This document shows, in pieces, positions 1-10,523 of a stretch of DNA of 64,000 bases. The stretch's first letter is position 1; every line of letters begins with the position of its first letter. The stretch is taken from contig OY970061.1 in NCBI GenBank assembly GCA_963705255.1, forward strand, positions 800,001 through 864,000, read 5' to 3'. Made by a program: the position numbers and the translations under genes. The notes beneath the pieces are model-generated. The model worked only from the letters and a program-made list of their open reading frames with translations, did not search any database and was not told the DNA's origin. This stretch comes from an uncultured Methanoregulaceae archaeon (GTDB lineage: Archaea; Halobacteriota; Methanomicrobia; Methanomicrobiales; Methanospirillaceae).

Positions 1-2046
1 CTTGGTGAACCGGATCATGGCGGTGATCTGGCTGCTTGCCTCCATGATCCGGGAGAAATAGCCTTTCACCGCGGGATCGGGGACGTTCATGCGCAGCAGT
101 TCGACAAACCCGTTCAGTGCCACGAGCTGGTTGTTGATGTCGTGGCGGGTGATACCGTAGAGGAGGTTGAGATTTTTGTTTGCCCGCAGGATCGCCTCCT
201 CCATGCGTTTCCGGGAGCTGATATCCTTCATCGAGATGAGTATGGCGGGAGAATTCTGGAAGGTGATCCGTTTCCCGATGGACTCGATCCAGATCCGCCG
301 CCCGGTGGCAGTTATGGCCTGGTAATCCACGGGATAACTGTCGATCCCCTGCGCAACCAGGCTGAAGTCATGGAGGACCTGGGACCGTGATTCGGGAGCG
401 ATGAACCCCATGACGTTCTTCGTACCGAGCCGGTAGGATTCATCCCCTATATCGAAAATGTTCGCCAATGCCCGGTTCCGGAAGAGGACCACCCCGGTCA
501 AGGCAACAATCAGGATGCCATCCAGCGAATTCTCGACGACCATCCGGAATTTCTCCTCGCTCTCCCGGAGCGCACGCTCGATCTGGGTACGCTCGATCTC
601 CGCGGCGGCTTTCACGGCAATGATATCCATGATCTCCTGGAGAGACGGGAACGACTGGATCGGGCTCCGGGAAAGCGCAGAGAGGATCCCGAAGACCTGC
701 CCGGCGGAATTCCGGAGGGGCGTCCCTATGTATCCACGGATGTTGAGCCGGGCAAGGTCCCTGCTCTCCGGGAAGAGCCGGGTGACATCGTCGGGATACA
801 GGCAGAACCCCTTCTCCGCGACGTTCCCGGAGGGTGTTCCTGTGAGGGAATAGGAGAAATCAGGGATCTCCTTCCCGTCGAGGAGCATGGACAGGACCTT
901 CACCGTGCGGTTGTCGGGCTGGATCTCCCCCACCATGACGCAGTCGGCTCCCAGCCAGGAGCTGACATTTTCCGTGATCTTCTGGAGGGAATTGAGCCCG
1001 GTTGTTCCTACCATGCTCCTGACCAGGGCCTGGTATGCAGACTCCATGGCCCTGCGTTCGGTGATATCCTCGACATTCGAGAGGACGTAGGGTTTTCCTC
1101 CCATCAGGATGAGACCGGATGAGAACAGGCAGGTCCGGATCTCCCCGCTTTTCACCCGGCACTTCACTTCCAGGCCGTACACAGACGGGCGGTCCCGGAG
1201 AGCGGAGGCCATCTTCCCGCGTTCGCTCCCGTCGGCAAAGATCCCCAGGGCTTCTGACGTCCTGCCTATCACCTCGTCGCGGGAATACCCGGTGCTTTTC
1301 AGAAAGGCGTCGTTGACATCGACGAACGTCCCCTCCGGTATGGATACGAGGGTGAGCGAGACAGGGCTGCTCCGGAAGACGGTGGCAAATTTGTTCTCTG
1401 ATTCGCGCAATACCGTCTCCGCACGCTTCCGTTCGGTGATGTCCAGCACCGTGAAGGTGACACCAAAGGAGAGATCCGAAGGATCGACCGGGGTCGAGGA
1501 GATGAGGACGTCAATGATCATCCCGTCTTTCCTCTGCCACCGGGTCTCGACCTCCCCGGACCCTTTCTGCACGATCCGGGCCCGGCTCTCCAGGCCGACA
1601 AAGTCATAGTCATCCTGCGCCGGGTACAGGATACGGGTGGATCTGCCGGTGAGTTCTTCGGCAGTGTACCCGGAGATGCGGCAGAGCTGGTCGTTGACGG
1701 TCCGGATGATACGATTGGATTCGACACCGATGCCGATGGGGGCGACACGGATGATGCTGCCGAGGCGCGATTCGCTCTCCCGCAGCTCTTTTTCGACGGA
1801 ACGGCGCCGCTCCATCTCCGAGAGTGCCTGGACATTCTTGACATAGTAGGAGTTGAGGGGGAAGTAGGCGATGACCACGGCCAGCCCGCTCACGAAGAGG
1901 CTGGTAATCAGGTTCGAGCGCCAGTCGGGAGGAAACGGATAGAGGAACTGTGCGGCGAATTCGAAGGCCGTCATCGACGCAAACGTCACGATGAAGACAA
2001 GGAAGAGCTTCTGATCAACCGGTGTCGGTTCGGTCTTCCCGTCCAT
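1..2046 (-). CDS. Membrane-anchored multi-PAS/GAF sensor histidine kinase (runs off window end)
   Basis: ATG at 2046 (MDGKTEPTPVDQKLFLVF...), and positions 1-60 read YFSRIMEASSQITAMIRFTK in the same frame; H-box ITRHDINNQL near 130-160; paralog of 2650..4392. Absent from ORF track because no stop lies in the window. Confidence 0.85.
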   Translation of the reverse strand, partial: MDGKTEPTPVDQKLFLVFIVTFASMTAFEFAAQFLYPFPPDWRSNLITSLFVSGLAVVIAYFPLNSYYVKNVQALSEMERRRSVEKELRESESRLGSIIRVAPIGIGVESNRIIRTVNDQLCRISGYTAEELTGRSTRILYPAQDDYDFVGLESRARIVQKGSGEVETRWQRKDGMIIDVLISSTPVDPSDLSFGVTFTVLDITERKRAETVLRESENKFATVFRSSPVSLTLVSIPEGTFVDVNDAFLKSTGYSRDEVIGRTSEALGIFADGSERGKMASALRDRPSVYGLEVKCRVKSGEIRTCLFSSGLILMGGKPYVLSNVEDITERRAMESAYQALVRSMVGTTGLNSLQKITENVSSWLGADCVMVGEIQPDNRTVKVLSMLLDGKEIPDFSYSLTGTPSGNVAEKGFCLYPDDVTRLFPESRDLARLNIRGYIGTPLRNSAGQVFGILSALSRSPIQSFPSLQEIMDIIAVKAAAEIERTQIERALRESEEKFRMVVENSLDGILIVALTGVVLFRNRALANIFDIGDESYRLGTKNVMGFIAPESRSQVLHDFSLVAQGIDSYPVDYQAITATGRRIWIESIGKRITFQNSPAILISMKDISSRKRMEEAILRANKNLNLLYGITRHDINNQLVALNGFVELLRMNVPDPAVKGYFSRIMEASSQITAMIRFTK

Positions 2047-2117
2047 TGTGAGAGATAGAATAGTTCAACCGATAAAGACTTTGATTTGGCCCCGTTACGG
2101 GAAAAATCCATAATTCT

Positions 2118-4392
2118 TTAAAGGATTGCGGGAACCGTGCCGGGTTTTCCCCATCCCGGTCCCGGCAGGGTCATTCTGCAGCGACCCCCCGGCATTTCAT
2201 GGGATATAACCCGGGAGAGGAAGGGATCTCTGCCCGTCTGCGGAGGGGAAGGATCCCCCGGGTACTGACACTCCCCCCGCATTGATGTACCCGACGGAAA
2301 AGGGGCCCCGGTCAAACCGACAAAAAACGGGCTGGTCAGGAGGTACCTGAGCGATGGGGTTTTCCCCTCACCGGCGAGCCTGTACGCACCCTTCGGTACT
2401 CTGATCTCGAACCGCGCCCCCCTCCCCGGCTCCCCGGTCTCCCGGATCGTGATACCGGTGATGTCGAGGATCTCCCGGGAGATGGCCAGACCGAAACCGG
2501 TGTTCTTGCCAAACCCCCGCTCGAATATCCTCTCTTTCTCCCCCCGGGCGACACCGTCGCCATCGTCTTCGCAGATAATGATCCGGTCCCCGTTGCGTGC
2601 CTCGAAGGCAAACCGGATCGTCGTGATCCTGCCCCCGTGCCGCAGGGCATTATCTATCAGGTTGAAGAAGACCTTGACGATCAGCGGATCGGCAAATACT
2701 TCCATGCCCGGCAGGGAGATCGTTTTTGAGCTCGACCTGCCCGAGAACGGCACCCGTTCCCGCACTGTCCACGAGGGCCCGGAGATCCTGCCAGACAGCA
2801 GCACGTACGCCTATCTCCTCGTAATCCTTGGTGAACCGGATCATGGCAGCGATCTGGCTGCTTGCTTCCGTGATACGGGAGAAATAGTTTTCAAACGAGG
2901 GATCGGGCATTTTCATATGCAACAGCCCGACAAACCCGTTCAGTGCCTGGAGCTGGTTGTTGATGTCATGGCGGGTGATACCGTAGAGGAGGTTAAGGTT
3001 TTTGTTGGCCTGCCGGAGCGCCTCTTCCGCCCGTTTGCGCTCAGTGATGTCGGTAAGGACGGTCAATGTAGCCGGTTTTTCCCGGCCACGAAGCGGCGTA
3101 GCCCGTGTCACGACCCACCGCCGTTCCCCGGAAGGTGCAAGGATCTCGATGTCATACGGTTCAACCGCGGCTCCCGTATGCCGGAGCCCGATGTTCTTCT
3201 TGATCAGGTTGTGATATTCAGGGGCTGCATAGGACAGTACTGACGTGCCGATGATCTGTCCGGGAGTTTTTCCCATCAGGCGCGCCCCCTCTGCATTGAC
3301 AAAGACGATGGTCTCCCCTTCATGAATGATGACATAATCGGGAAGCTCCCCTTCAAGCTGCCGGAAGATACCCTCGCTCTTCTCGAGCGCCTGGTACGTC
3401 TTTTTCAGTTCCGTGATATCCCGGATGGATATCACGCTCTTTCCCGTACCGGGAATCATCGCAGCAGCCAGGATGGCGTTCCGTACCTCCCCGTTTTTAT
3501 GGACAAACCTGAACTCGTAACTCTTTGGCACCGAACCAGGATCGGTCCTGCGGAGGCGGTGGTATTCCACCATCTTCTTCAGGTCCTCTTCTGCAACCAG
3601 GTTCGGCCATTTCACCCGCCCCTCGACCTCTTTCCGTGAATATCCCAGTATCTTTTCCATCTCTTCATTGGCATGCGATATGGTGGTATCCTCTTCAAGG
3701 ATGGCCATCGCGGTTCCCGTATTTTCAAAGACCGTCCGGTACAGGCTCTCGGATTCCTGCAATATCGCTTCCGCCCGTTTCTTCTCGGTGATGTCCAGCG
3801 CAGTGAAGGTAACGCCAAGGGACAGGTCTGATGGATCGACAGGAGTCGAGGAGAGGAGGACGTCAATGATCGTCCCGTCTTTCTTCTGCCAGCGGGTCCC
3901 GACCTCAGCGGACCCTTTCCGTGCGATCTGGACACGGTTCTCCCTGCCGGCAGAGTCATAGTCCTCCTGCGACGGGTAGAGGAACCGGACGGATCTCCCG
4001 GTGAGTTCTTCCGCAGGGTACCCGGTTATATGGCAGAGCTGGTCGTTGGCCGCCCGGATGACCTGGTCGGAGACGACACCGATACCCACGGGGGCAACCC
4101 GTATGATGCTGCCGAGGCGTGATTCGCTCTCCCGTAACTCTTTTTCCACGGAATGGCGTCTCTCAATCTCCGAGAGTAACTGGACATTCTTGACATAGTT
4201 GGAGTTGAGAGGAAAGTAGGCGATGATGATGGCAAGCCCGCTCACAAAGAGGCTGAGAACCAGGTCCGAGCGCACGTCGGGAGGAAAAAGAGAGAGAGAA
4301 TGCCCGGCAAATTCGAAGGCCGTCATCGACGCAAACGTCACGATGAAGACAAGGAAGAGCTTCTGGTCAAACGGTGTCGGGCCGGCTTTCAT
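2118..4392 (-). CDS. Multi-PAS sensor histidine kinase, frameshifted near 2709
   Basis: ORF 2650..4392 has 2 TM, 3 PAS and H-box; HATPase (VFFNLIDNALRHG, DDGDG, GFGLAISREI) continues in ORF 2118..2804; one extra G in GCCGGGCATGG joins them. True 3' end uncertain. Confidence 0.85.
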
Positions 4393-4807
4393 TTCAATGG
4401 TGGATGATTATAAAATTTTAAACGATAAAGACTTCGATATGTCCGTCACCGGAAAAATTCATGATTTTTTTGAAGAAATACACAATTAATTGTTGAATAT
4501 TTTTAATTGTAGTTTTCTTGCGTTCTGTTGCGCGTTGTCGGGCGTTTAAATAGTCAATAGTGATGGGTTACGACGGTATCATTTCCGTTAAGTCCCGTGC
4601 ACGCAACAGCACCCGCAGATGCAACAGAACCGAAAAAAGTAAGGGTTTTATCTTTGTACGAAGCCGGATCCCGCCCCCTTACACCGGTCAATGTTTTTTA
4701 TCCGGATTACTTCCGGATTCACAGCGCAACTTTTTTTAAGGATCTGCCCAATAGCAGATTAACCGGTTATTCGAAAGAATCATTCTTTTGGTCCGGAGGA
4801 TTTTTTT

Positions 4808-5671
4808 ATGAAAACGACACCCCAGTTCATGCTGGTTATCGCGGTCGCCTTTTGTCTCATTGCTGCGGCTGGATGCACGGGTTCCTCCGGCACCAGTCAG
4901 CCCGCAGGTACGGCATCCCAGCATTATCCAACCGTACCGTTCAATACGACACCTGTCAGGTACGCCCAGGTCAACGGGGTCACGCTCGGGTACCGTGAGT
5001 TCGGATCCGGTGAACCCCTCCTGATGCTCGAGGGGTTCGGCGCAACCATCGATACCGCGTGGAACGAGACCTTCATCGGGATCCTTGCCTCGAAGTACCA
5101 TGTCTATACCTATGACCACCGGGGGATGGGGTACAGCAGCGACAATAATGCCACGCCATCCATCTCACAATACAGCGACGACGCCGCTGCGCTCATGACC
5201 GCACTGGGCTATGACAGCATGCATGTGTACGGGGAATCCATGGGGTCTACCGTCGCCCAGCAGCTGGTCATCGATCATCCTGAACGTGTACGAAAACTGG
5301 TCCTGGATTCCGTGACCTACAGCATCCGGATTCCCGAGACAAAACTGCTGCTCGGTGTCATCGAAGTGTCCGGGGTCGACCCGAACCAGACGGAAGGCGT
5401 CCGCCGGGAGTCGCAGGCAAACCTCGCGTGGAACGGATCCTGGGCCGGTCTCTCCGGGATCAACAAGGATGTCATGCTCGTCGTCGGCACCAGCGACGTC
5501 CTGACGCCGCAGGCGGTTACCGTCCAGATGGCAGGACAGATTAACGGCTCGCGGCTCGTGCGGTTCAAGGATCTCCCGCACATAGGGTCGAAATACGCCC
5601 CGGTCGAATACGGGGAGAATGCCCTCTCATTCCTCGGCACGAATGAGTCTCCGCCGTACGCCACGGTATAA
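4808..5671 (+). CDS. Alpha/beta hydrolase with lipoprotein-like signal
   Basis: AAAGC lipobox, YDHRGMGYS, GESMG nucleophile elbow; GGAGG upstream. Confidence 0.88.
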   Translation: MKTTPQFMLVIAVAFCLIAAAGCTGSSGTSQPAGTASQHYPTVPFNTTPVRYAQVNGVTLGYREFGSGEPLLMLEGFGATIDTAWNETFIGILASKYHVYTYDHRGMGYSSDNNATPSISQYSDDAAALMTALGYDSMHVYGESMGSTVAQQLVIDHPERVRKLVLDSVTYSIRIPETKLLLGVIEVSGVDPNQTEGVRRESQANLAWNGSWAGLSGINKDVMLVVGTSDVLTPQAVTVQMAGQINGSRLVRFKDLPHIGSKYAPVEYGENALSFLGTNESPPYATV

Positions 5672-6347
5672 TTTTTTTTGATGGTGACACCCTGACCGAT
5701 GCCTGCCGGGATGTTCCGGATCGATACTGATCGATCGGGATGGACAAAAAACCAGAGTATCCGGAACGTTCGATCCTCGATAGGAATCCCGGGGGCGGGC
5801 CGGTTTTAAAAAACTCCTGGCATGGCGGGGGATTTAAAAAAAATGCTCTGGTGAAATCCGTATTGGCACGGCTTTTAAAATATCTTTGAAAGATGGTGAG
5901 GGTGACCCCCGTTCTCCCCGGGAAGGCGGGAAGCTGGAAGGGAGCATCTCCATGACCCTGAAATCCCGGCCGGGCCTGTTGTGTATTTCTTGAAAAATAT
6001 ACGGAAAACTCCGCGGGACTTTTTTACTATCAGGGATCTGGATAGTGGCGCAAAAGGGAGGGGATCCGCGGCAGCCTCCCGGTTATTTCCGGGAAAGGAG
6101 TTGGATCGATCTGGTACGGGTCCCGGTCCATTTCACGGCCGGATCCTGACCGCGCCGGATATTTTTCCGGCCCGATCCCGTACAGGGCAAAACTCTGTTT
6201 GGGGCGGTCGGGGTTGGGCCGGGAATATTATTTGAGGGGATATACGATAGTGTTTGAGCTCTATGGGCTGACGGAGGAGGTTATTACGATCATGGAGGGA
6301 TGATAAACTCTCTTAAATACCGGAATATAATATTTGTATACGGTAAT

Positions 6348-6566
6348 ATGGATTTCAAAATAGCCATTGAACAGGATGAGGATGGATGGTATATAGTCAC
6401 CGTCCCGGCACTCCCAGGCTGTATCTCCCAGGGAAAGACCGAGGAGGAGGCGAAGAAAAATATTGCCGAAGCCATCGAACTGCATCTCAGCGCACTCGCA
6501 CGCGACGGGATCCCTCTCTATCACCGTCCGGGTACAAAAGAAACCTTTATCGCCGTTGATATATGA
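6348..6566 (+). CDS. hicB: HicB-family antitoxin
   Basis: EQDEDGWYIVTVPALPGCISQGKTEEEA motif. Confidence 0.9.
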   Translation: MDFKIAIEQDEDGWYIVTVPALPGCISQGKTEEEAKKNIAEAIELHLSALARDGIPLYHRPGTKETFIAVDI

Positions 6567-6784
6567 CGGACAGACTCCCCATCTTTTCCGGTAAGGAAGT
6601 CGTAAAAGCTCTTGGCAAACTGGGCTATACGGTTAATGATCAGAAAGGAAGTCACCTCCATCTCAGGCATCCGGTCAGGAGACCGCTGACCGTTCCCAAC
6701 CACCCGGAAGTTGCCCGCGGGACATTGCGGATTATCATCAGGGATGCCGATCTTACCGTTGAAAAATTTCTGGAACTTTTATAA
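6563..6784 (+). CDS. hicA: HicA-family toxin
   Basis: QKGSHLHL...TVPNH...GTLRII motif; ATGA overlap with hicB. Confidence 0.9.
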   Translation: MTDRLPIFSGKEVVKALGKLGYTVNDQKGSHLHLRHPVRRPLTVPNHPEVARGTLRIIIRDADLTVEKFLELL

Positions 6785-6857
6785 GATCAGGTTCCGGTAA
6801 AAGGGGGGAGATGCTCATCCACCATGAGCAAAGAGGGAGGATCCCCCTCATAAACCC

Positions 6858-7334
6858 TTACACCTTTGCAGGGCCGGACTTGTCGTCCTCGGCAGCGTAG
6901 ATCAGGGGGTTCTGTCTGCTCCGGGCAGACATGCCCTTCCCGGTGCGCCCGTATCCCGCGGATGAGTCGATAGGGCTCCGGTCCCCGTACCGTGGCTCCA
7001 GCTTCATCGTACCGTCGTCCTGCATGATCCTGGCCATTGCGGGCTCTGCCGGGATATCCGGCTGGCGTGCGCCCCTGGGCCGGATCACGGTGATGCCATC
7101 GGAGGAGGCTGTAGACCGACCAGCCAGCACCGGAGATGCGGTGCCTCGCACAACCGGCCCCTGCCTAAGCTCCTGGCGGCGATCTTCCGCGGCCTGCCGG
7201 GACAGCGTCATGGCGACCGCCCTGAAGTCGAGCAGCTCGTCGAGCAATCCCTTGACCAGCGCATCCATCTCCCGTAACCTCTTCTCCAGTGCCGCTATCC
7301 GGTCTTCCGATACACCGGTTCCTGAAATTTCCAT
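6858..7334 (-). CDS. Hypothetical protein with N-terminal coiled coil
   Basis: MEISGTGVSEDRIAALEKRLREMDALVKGL; GAGGAG upstream of ATG 7334. Confidence 0.7.
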   Translation of the reverse strand: MEISGTGVSEDRIAALEKRLREMDALVKGLLDELLDFRAVAMTLSRQAAEDRRQELRQGPVVRGTASPVLAGRSTASSDGITVIRPRGARQPDIPAEPAMARIMQDDGTMKLEPRYGDRSPIDSSAGYGRTGKGMSARSRQNPLIYAAEDDKSGPAKV

Positions 7335-7521
7335 AATCGTAATCAGTTTCTCCTCATGATCGGGTCCGTGCCCGAAAGAAATTATCTCTGCATCTGACCT
7401 GGCATATATAATACTACTGATGATCGCTGACATGTTAAAGTGAGGAGTAGGTTTCCGTCAGGAGCCGGAGATACCTATAACCTGAAATAGCGATGCGGAG
7501 TACATAAATTTGAGGTTGATC

Positions 7522-7671
7522 ATGGCAATGGAATTGAAAAAACAAACGAAAGCGTCAGGAAAACCCGAATCCCCCTGCGGGAGCAGCTGCCCGGATTTTG
7601 TCTCAAAAACCTGCGCCGGTGAAGACAGCGGGTGTGCGCAATACTGGCGTTATTCGCAGGGCCTTACATGA
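7522..7671 (+). CDS. Small Cys-rich protein (49 aa)
   Basis: MAMELKKQTKASGKPESPCGSSCPDFVSKTCAGEDSGCAQYWRYSQGLT*, GAGGT Shine-Dalgarno upstream; below ORF-track cutoff. Confidence 0.55.
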   Translation: MAMELKKQTKASGKPESPCGSSCPDFVSKTCAGEDSGCAQYWRYSQGLT

Positions 7672-7817
7672 TAAAACATCGGACTCATCCGGATTCGACA
7701 GACTGATCAGAACCCGGACAGAGATGCATTTTTTCAATAATCATCCCGGATCCAAAGTCAGTAACCCTATATCAGATTGATACCGATATTCCTGGCAGAA
7801 TCCCGGTGATGGTATAC

Positions 7818-8432
7818 ATGGTAATGAGTCCCTGGCTGCCTGTTTCGCTTTCTTCATCCACCGAAGTGGTCCTGTTTGGTATCGCGTTCTTCGGATGGGC
7901 CGCCAGTGAGATCATCGGGTCGATAATCCTTCCCAGGCTCCGCCATCGCCGGGACGGGATACAACTGGAAAGGAAGGACCAGGGTTCAGGGCTGGCAGTG
8001 AATATCGGTATAATCGCATCAGTTTACATTGCTTTTGGCTTTTCCCTTGTCAGAATTGCCGTACTGCCCGACTGGGTATTTTATCCCGGGATTGCACTCA
8101 TGTTCGGAGGGATCTTCCTCCGGCAGTGGTCCATCGCGATACTCGGCGGATTCTTCTCCGTGCTGGTAAGCGTCCAGGAAGGGCAGACCATAATCCGGAG
8201 AGGGCCATACCGGTTCATCCGCCACCCGTCATACACCGGGACACTCCTGACACTGACCGGGATAGGACTTGCCGTCCAGTCGTGGGGAGCGTTACTCACC
8301 CTGGTGGTAATGTTTGGCATCGTGTACAGGTACCGGATAGGTGTCGAAGAGAAAGCCCTCGTTGAGCAATTCGGGAATGAATATGCTGCGTACATGAATA
8401 CCACAAAAATGCTGATCCCGTTTATTCTCTGA
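7818..8432 (+). CDS. Isoprenylcysteine carboxyl methyltransferase family membrane protein
   Basis: GPYRFIRHPSYTG and EEKALVEQFGNEYAAY motifs. Confidence 0.88.
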   Translation: MVMSPWLPVSLSSSTEVVLFGIAFFGWAASEIIGSIILPRLRHRRDGIQLERKDQGSGLAVNIGIIASVYIAFGFSLVRIAVLPDWVFYPGIALMFGGIFLRQWSIAILGGFFSVLVSVQEGQTIIRRGPYRFIRHPSYTGTLLTLTGIGLAVQSWGALLTLVVMFGIVYRYRIGVEEKALVEQFGNEYAAYMNTTKMLIPFIL

Positions 8433-8496
8433 ACGGATCGCGGCTGTCCCTGACGGCACAATCGGAGATCCTGATGATCTCTCAAGAGCCCTTCCC

Positions 8497-9252
8497 TCAT
8501 ATTCTTTCAGGCAGGGTCCTTTTGTGCAGGTACATCGTGCCGGCAGTGAATACCAGCGTCAGGACACCGAGGATAAGGAAGTCGGCAATAACCGGGAAGA
8601 AGTGCTCCCCGGTGAACGAGTAGCGGACAAGATCGGTGAAGTAGGTGAGCGGCGAGCAGTCGGCGAGCGCCAGCCCCCACGACGGCAATTCTTCCAGGGG
8701 AACGAAGATGCCGGAGATGAAGATGAGCGGGAACTTGATGAGGAACGAGAGCATCATGGGGGTCGACGGCTCGTTCGTTGGCGGGACCGAAAGGAGCATC
8801 CCGATTGCAGAGAAACAGCATGCGGCAAGGAGGACGGAGGCGATCATGGCAATCCCGTGGAGAAGGGGAAGACCGAACGCCAGCGCGATGAAAACCGTGA
8901 TGATGGTGATCCCGATACCGAAGAGGGTGGAGGCGATCATATCGCCAAGGACGATCGCCTCGACCGTGATCGGGCAGGAGACGAGCCGTTCAAGCGTGCC
9001 GTGCCGCCCTTCCCAGGAGAAGATGGCGGGGGATATGGCCGTGGCAGTGAAGAGGAGGGTCACCCCGACGAGCCCCGGTAAGAGGAATGCAAGCGGGAGC
9101 TGCCTGCTGCCCATGAAGAAGGCAAGGAAGAGAAAAACCGGCATGAGAACGCCGAAGATGAGCACGGAGTTCTTGGCGTAATAGAGGCGGATGTCCTTCT
9201 TCGCAATCGCCCAGGCCCGCCGCAGCTGTTCGGGAAGTGCTGCCGGGTTCAT
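8497..9252 (-). CDS. ABC-2 type exporter permease
   Basis: Six TM segments, GTLERL..CP, SPLTY; GGAGG before ATG 9252. Confidence 0.85.
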   Translation of the reverse strand: MNPAALPEQLRRAWAIAKKDIRLYYAKNSVLIFGVLMPVFLFLAFFMGSRQLPLAFLLPGLVGVTLLFTATAISPAIFSWEGRHGTLERLVSCPITVEAIVLGDMIASTLFGIGITIITVFIALAFGLPLLHGIAMIASVLLAACCFSAIGMLLSVPPTNEPSTPMMLSFLIKFPLIFISGIFVPLEELPSWGLALADCSPLTYFTDLVRYSFTGEHFFPVIADFLILGVLTLVFTAGTMYLHKRTLPERI

Positions 9253-10176
9253 GGAGATGCCTCCCGGGTCGAGCCGGAGAAAGGCATCGTCGAGCGAGGG
9301 GGCGAGCGTGTTCAGCGTGACGATCGCCGCATGGTTTTGCCGGCTGAAGTCCGCGAGGGAGAGGATGACGGTATCCTTCTTTTCTGCGGTGAGCTGCCAT
9401 TTGTCCCCGGTCCTTGTCACCCCGGTCACCCCCGGGAGTGCAGCAAGGGCCTCACGGCCCACCTCGCGGTCAAAACTCACTTCGATCCGGTGCACGCTCT
9501 CGATCGCCGTTTTCAGTTTTTCGGGCGCATCGACCGCGATCAGCCTCCCGCCCCGGATGATGGCGACCCGGTTACAGAGCCGGTTCGCCTCCTCCATGTT
9601 ATGCGTGGTGAGAAAGATGGTGGTCCCGTCCCGGTTCATCTCCCGCAGCATGGCGAGGATCATCCGGGTGCTCTGGACATCGAGACCGCTCGTGGGTTCG
9701 TCCAGGAAGAGGAGCTCTGGTTCATGGAGCAGCGCCATGGCGAGGATGAGCCGCTGCTTCATTCCCTTGGAATAGGCATAGATCTTCTGGTCTTTTCGCT
9801 CGAGGAGACCGAGCGTAGCGAGCAGATCGGATGCCCGCCGTGAGGCCCGGGCACCCGGAAGCCCGTACAGCTCCCCGATCAGCATCAGGTTCTGCCATGC
9901 GGTGAGATCGACATATGCATTGGATGTCTCCGGGACCACGCCGAATCCCTGTTTCGCCTGGAGCGCAGCGGTCCGGATATCGTGCCCGAGTACGGTAACG
10001 CTCCCGCCGTCGGGTGGAATGATACCGGTGAGAATCCGCGTGGTAGTGGTCTTTCCCGCGCCGTTCGGGCCGAGGAACCCGAAGATCTCCCCTTCCCGGA
10101 CTGCGAGGCTCACGTCGTCGACCGCGGTCACCTGCCCGAAGCATTTTCGTATATGGCGGGCTTCGATTGCGTTCAT
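9249..10176 (-). CDS. ABC exporter ATP-binding protein (DrrA-like)
   Basis: GPNGAGKT, YSKGMKQR, LDEPTSGLD; appears fused to permease only through a probable 1-nt insertion near 9270. Confidence 0.88.
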
Positions 10177-10332
10177 GAGGTAACGGTCTCTTTGCTGTAC
10201 TGTCCTGTATTTCCTGTTCCTGTAATAGTTTTCCGTGTTGTTCTCCCGGGAAGCCGAACTTCGAGTTCATGAAGCCTGACAGGGCTGGATGAGAAGAAGA
10301 CGAAGTCTTCGAGTTCTGAGGAACTGTCACAG

Positions 10333-10418
10333 GTCGAAGAAACCTGATGGTTTCTTCTCCTCCTCCAGTTCTGATGCTTGTCAGAAGTCGAAGAAACCTG
10401 ATGGTTTCTTCTCCTCCT
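10333..10418. repeat. Two direct copies of a 32-bp palindromic unit (REP-like family)
   Basis: GTCGAAGAAACCTGATGGTTTCTTCTCCTCCT at 10333 and 10387. Confidence 0.9.
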
Positions 10419-10523
10419 TCGGGTCTGGCGACCCTCAGGATTAACAAACTATTTGACAGGAAGAAGCGTTATTACGAATATCGGACAGGATTCCGAACAC
10501 GAACGTAGAGGGAAACCGCCATC

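Noticed and set aside
8497-10176. Apparent 559-aa ABC ATPase-permease fusion
   Set aside because: Removing one base near 9270 gives ...FLRLTREASP* with an ATGA overlap, and GGAGG precedes the permease ATG, so two genes plus an indel is the simpler reading.
10333-10418. Possible mini-CRISPR (palindromic 32-bp repeat with 22-nt spacer)
   Set aside because: Only two copies, no cas genes, and the unit belongs to the dispersed palindrome family.
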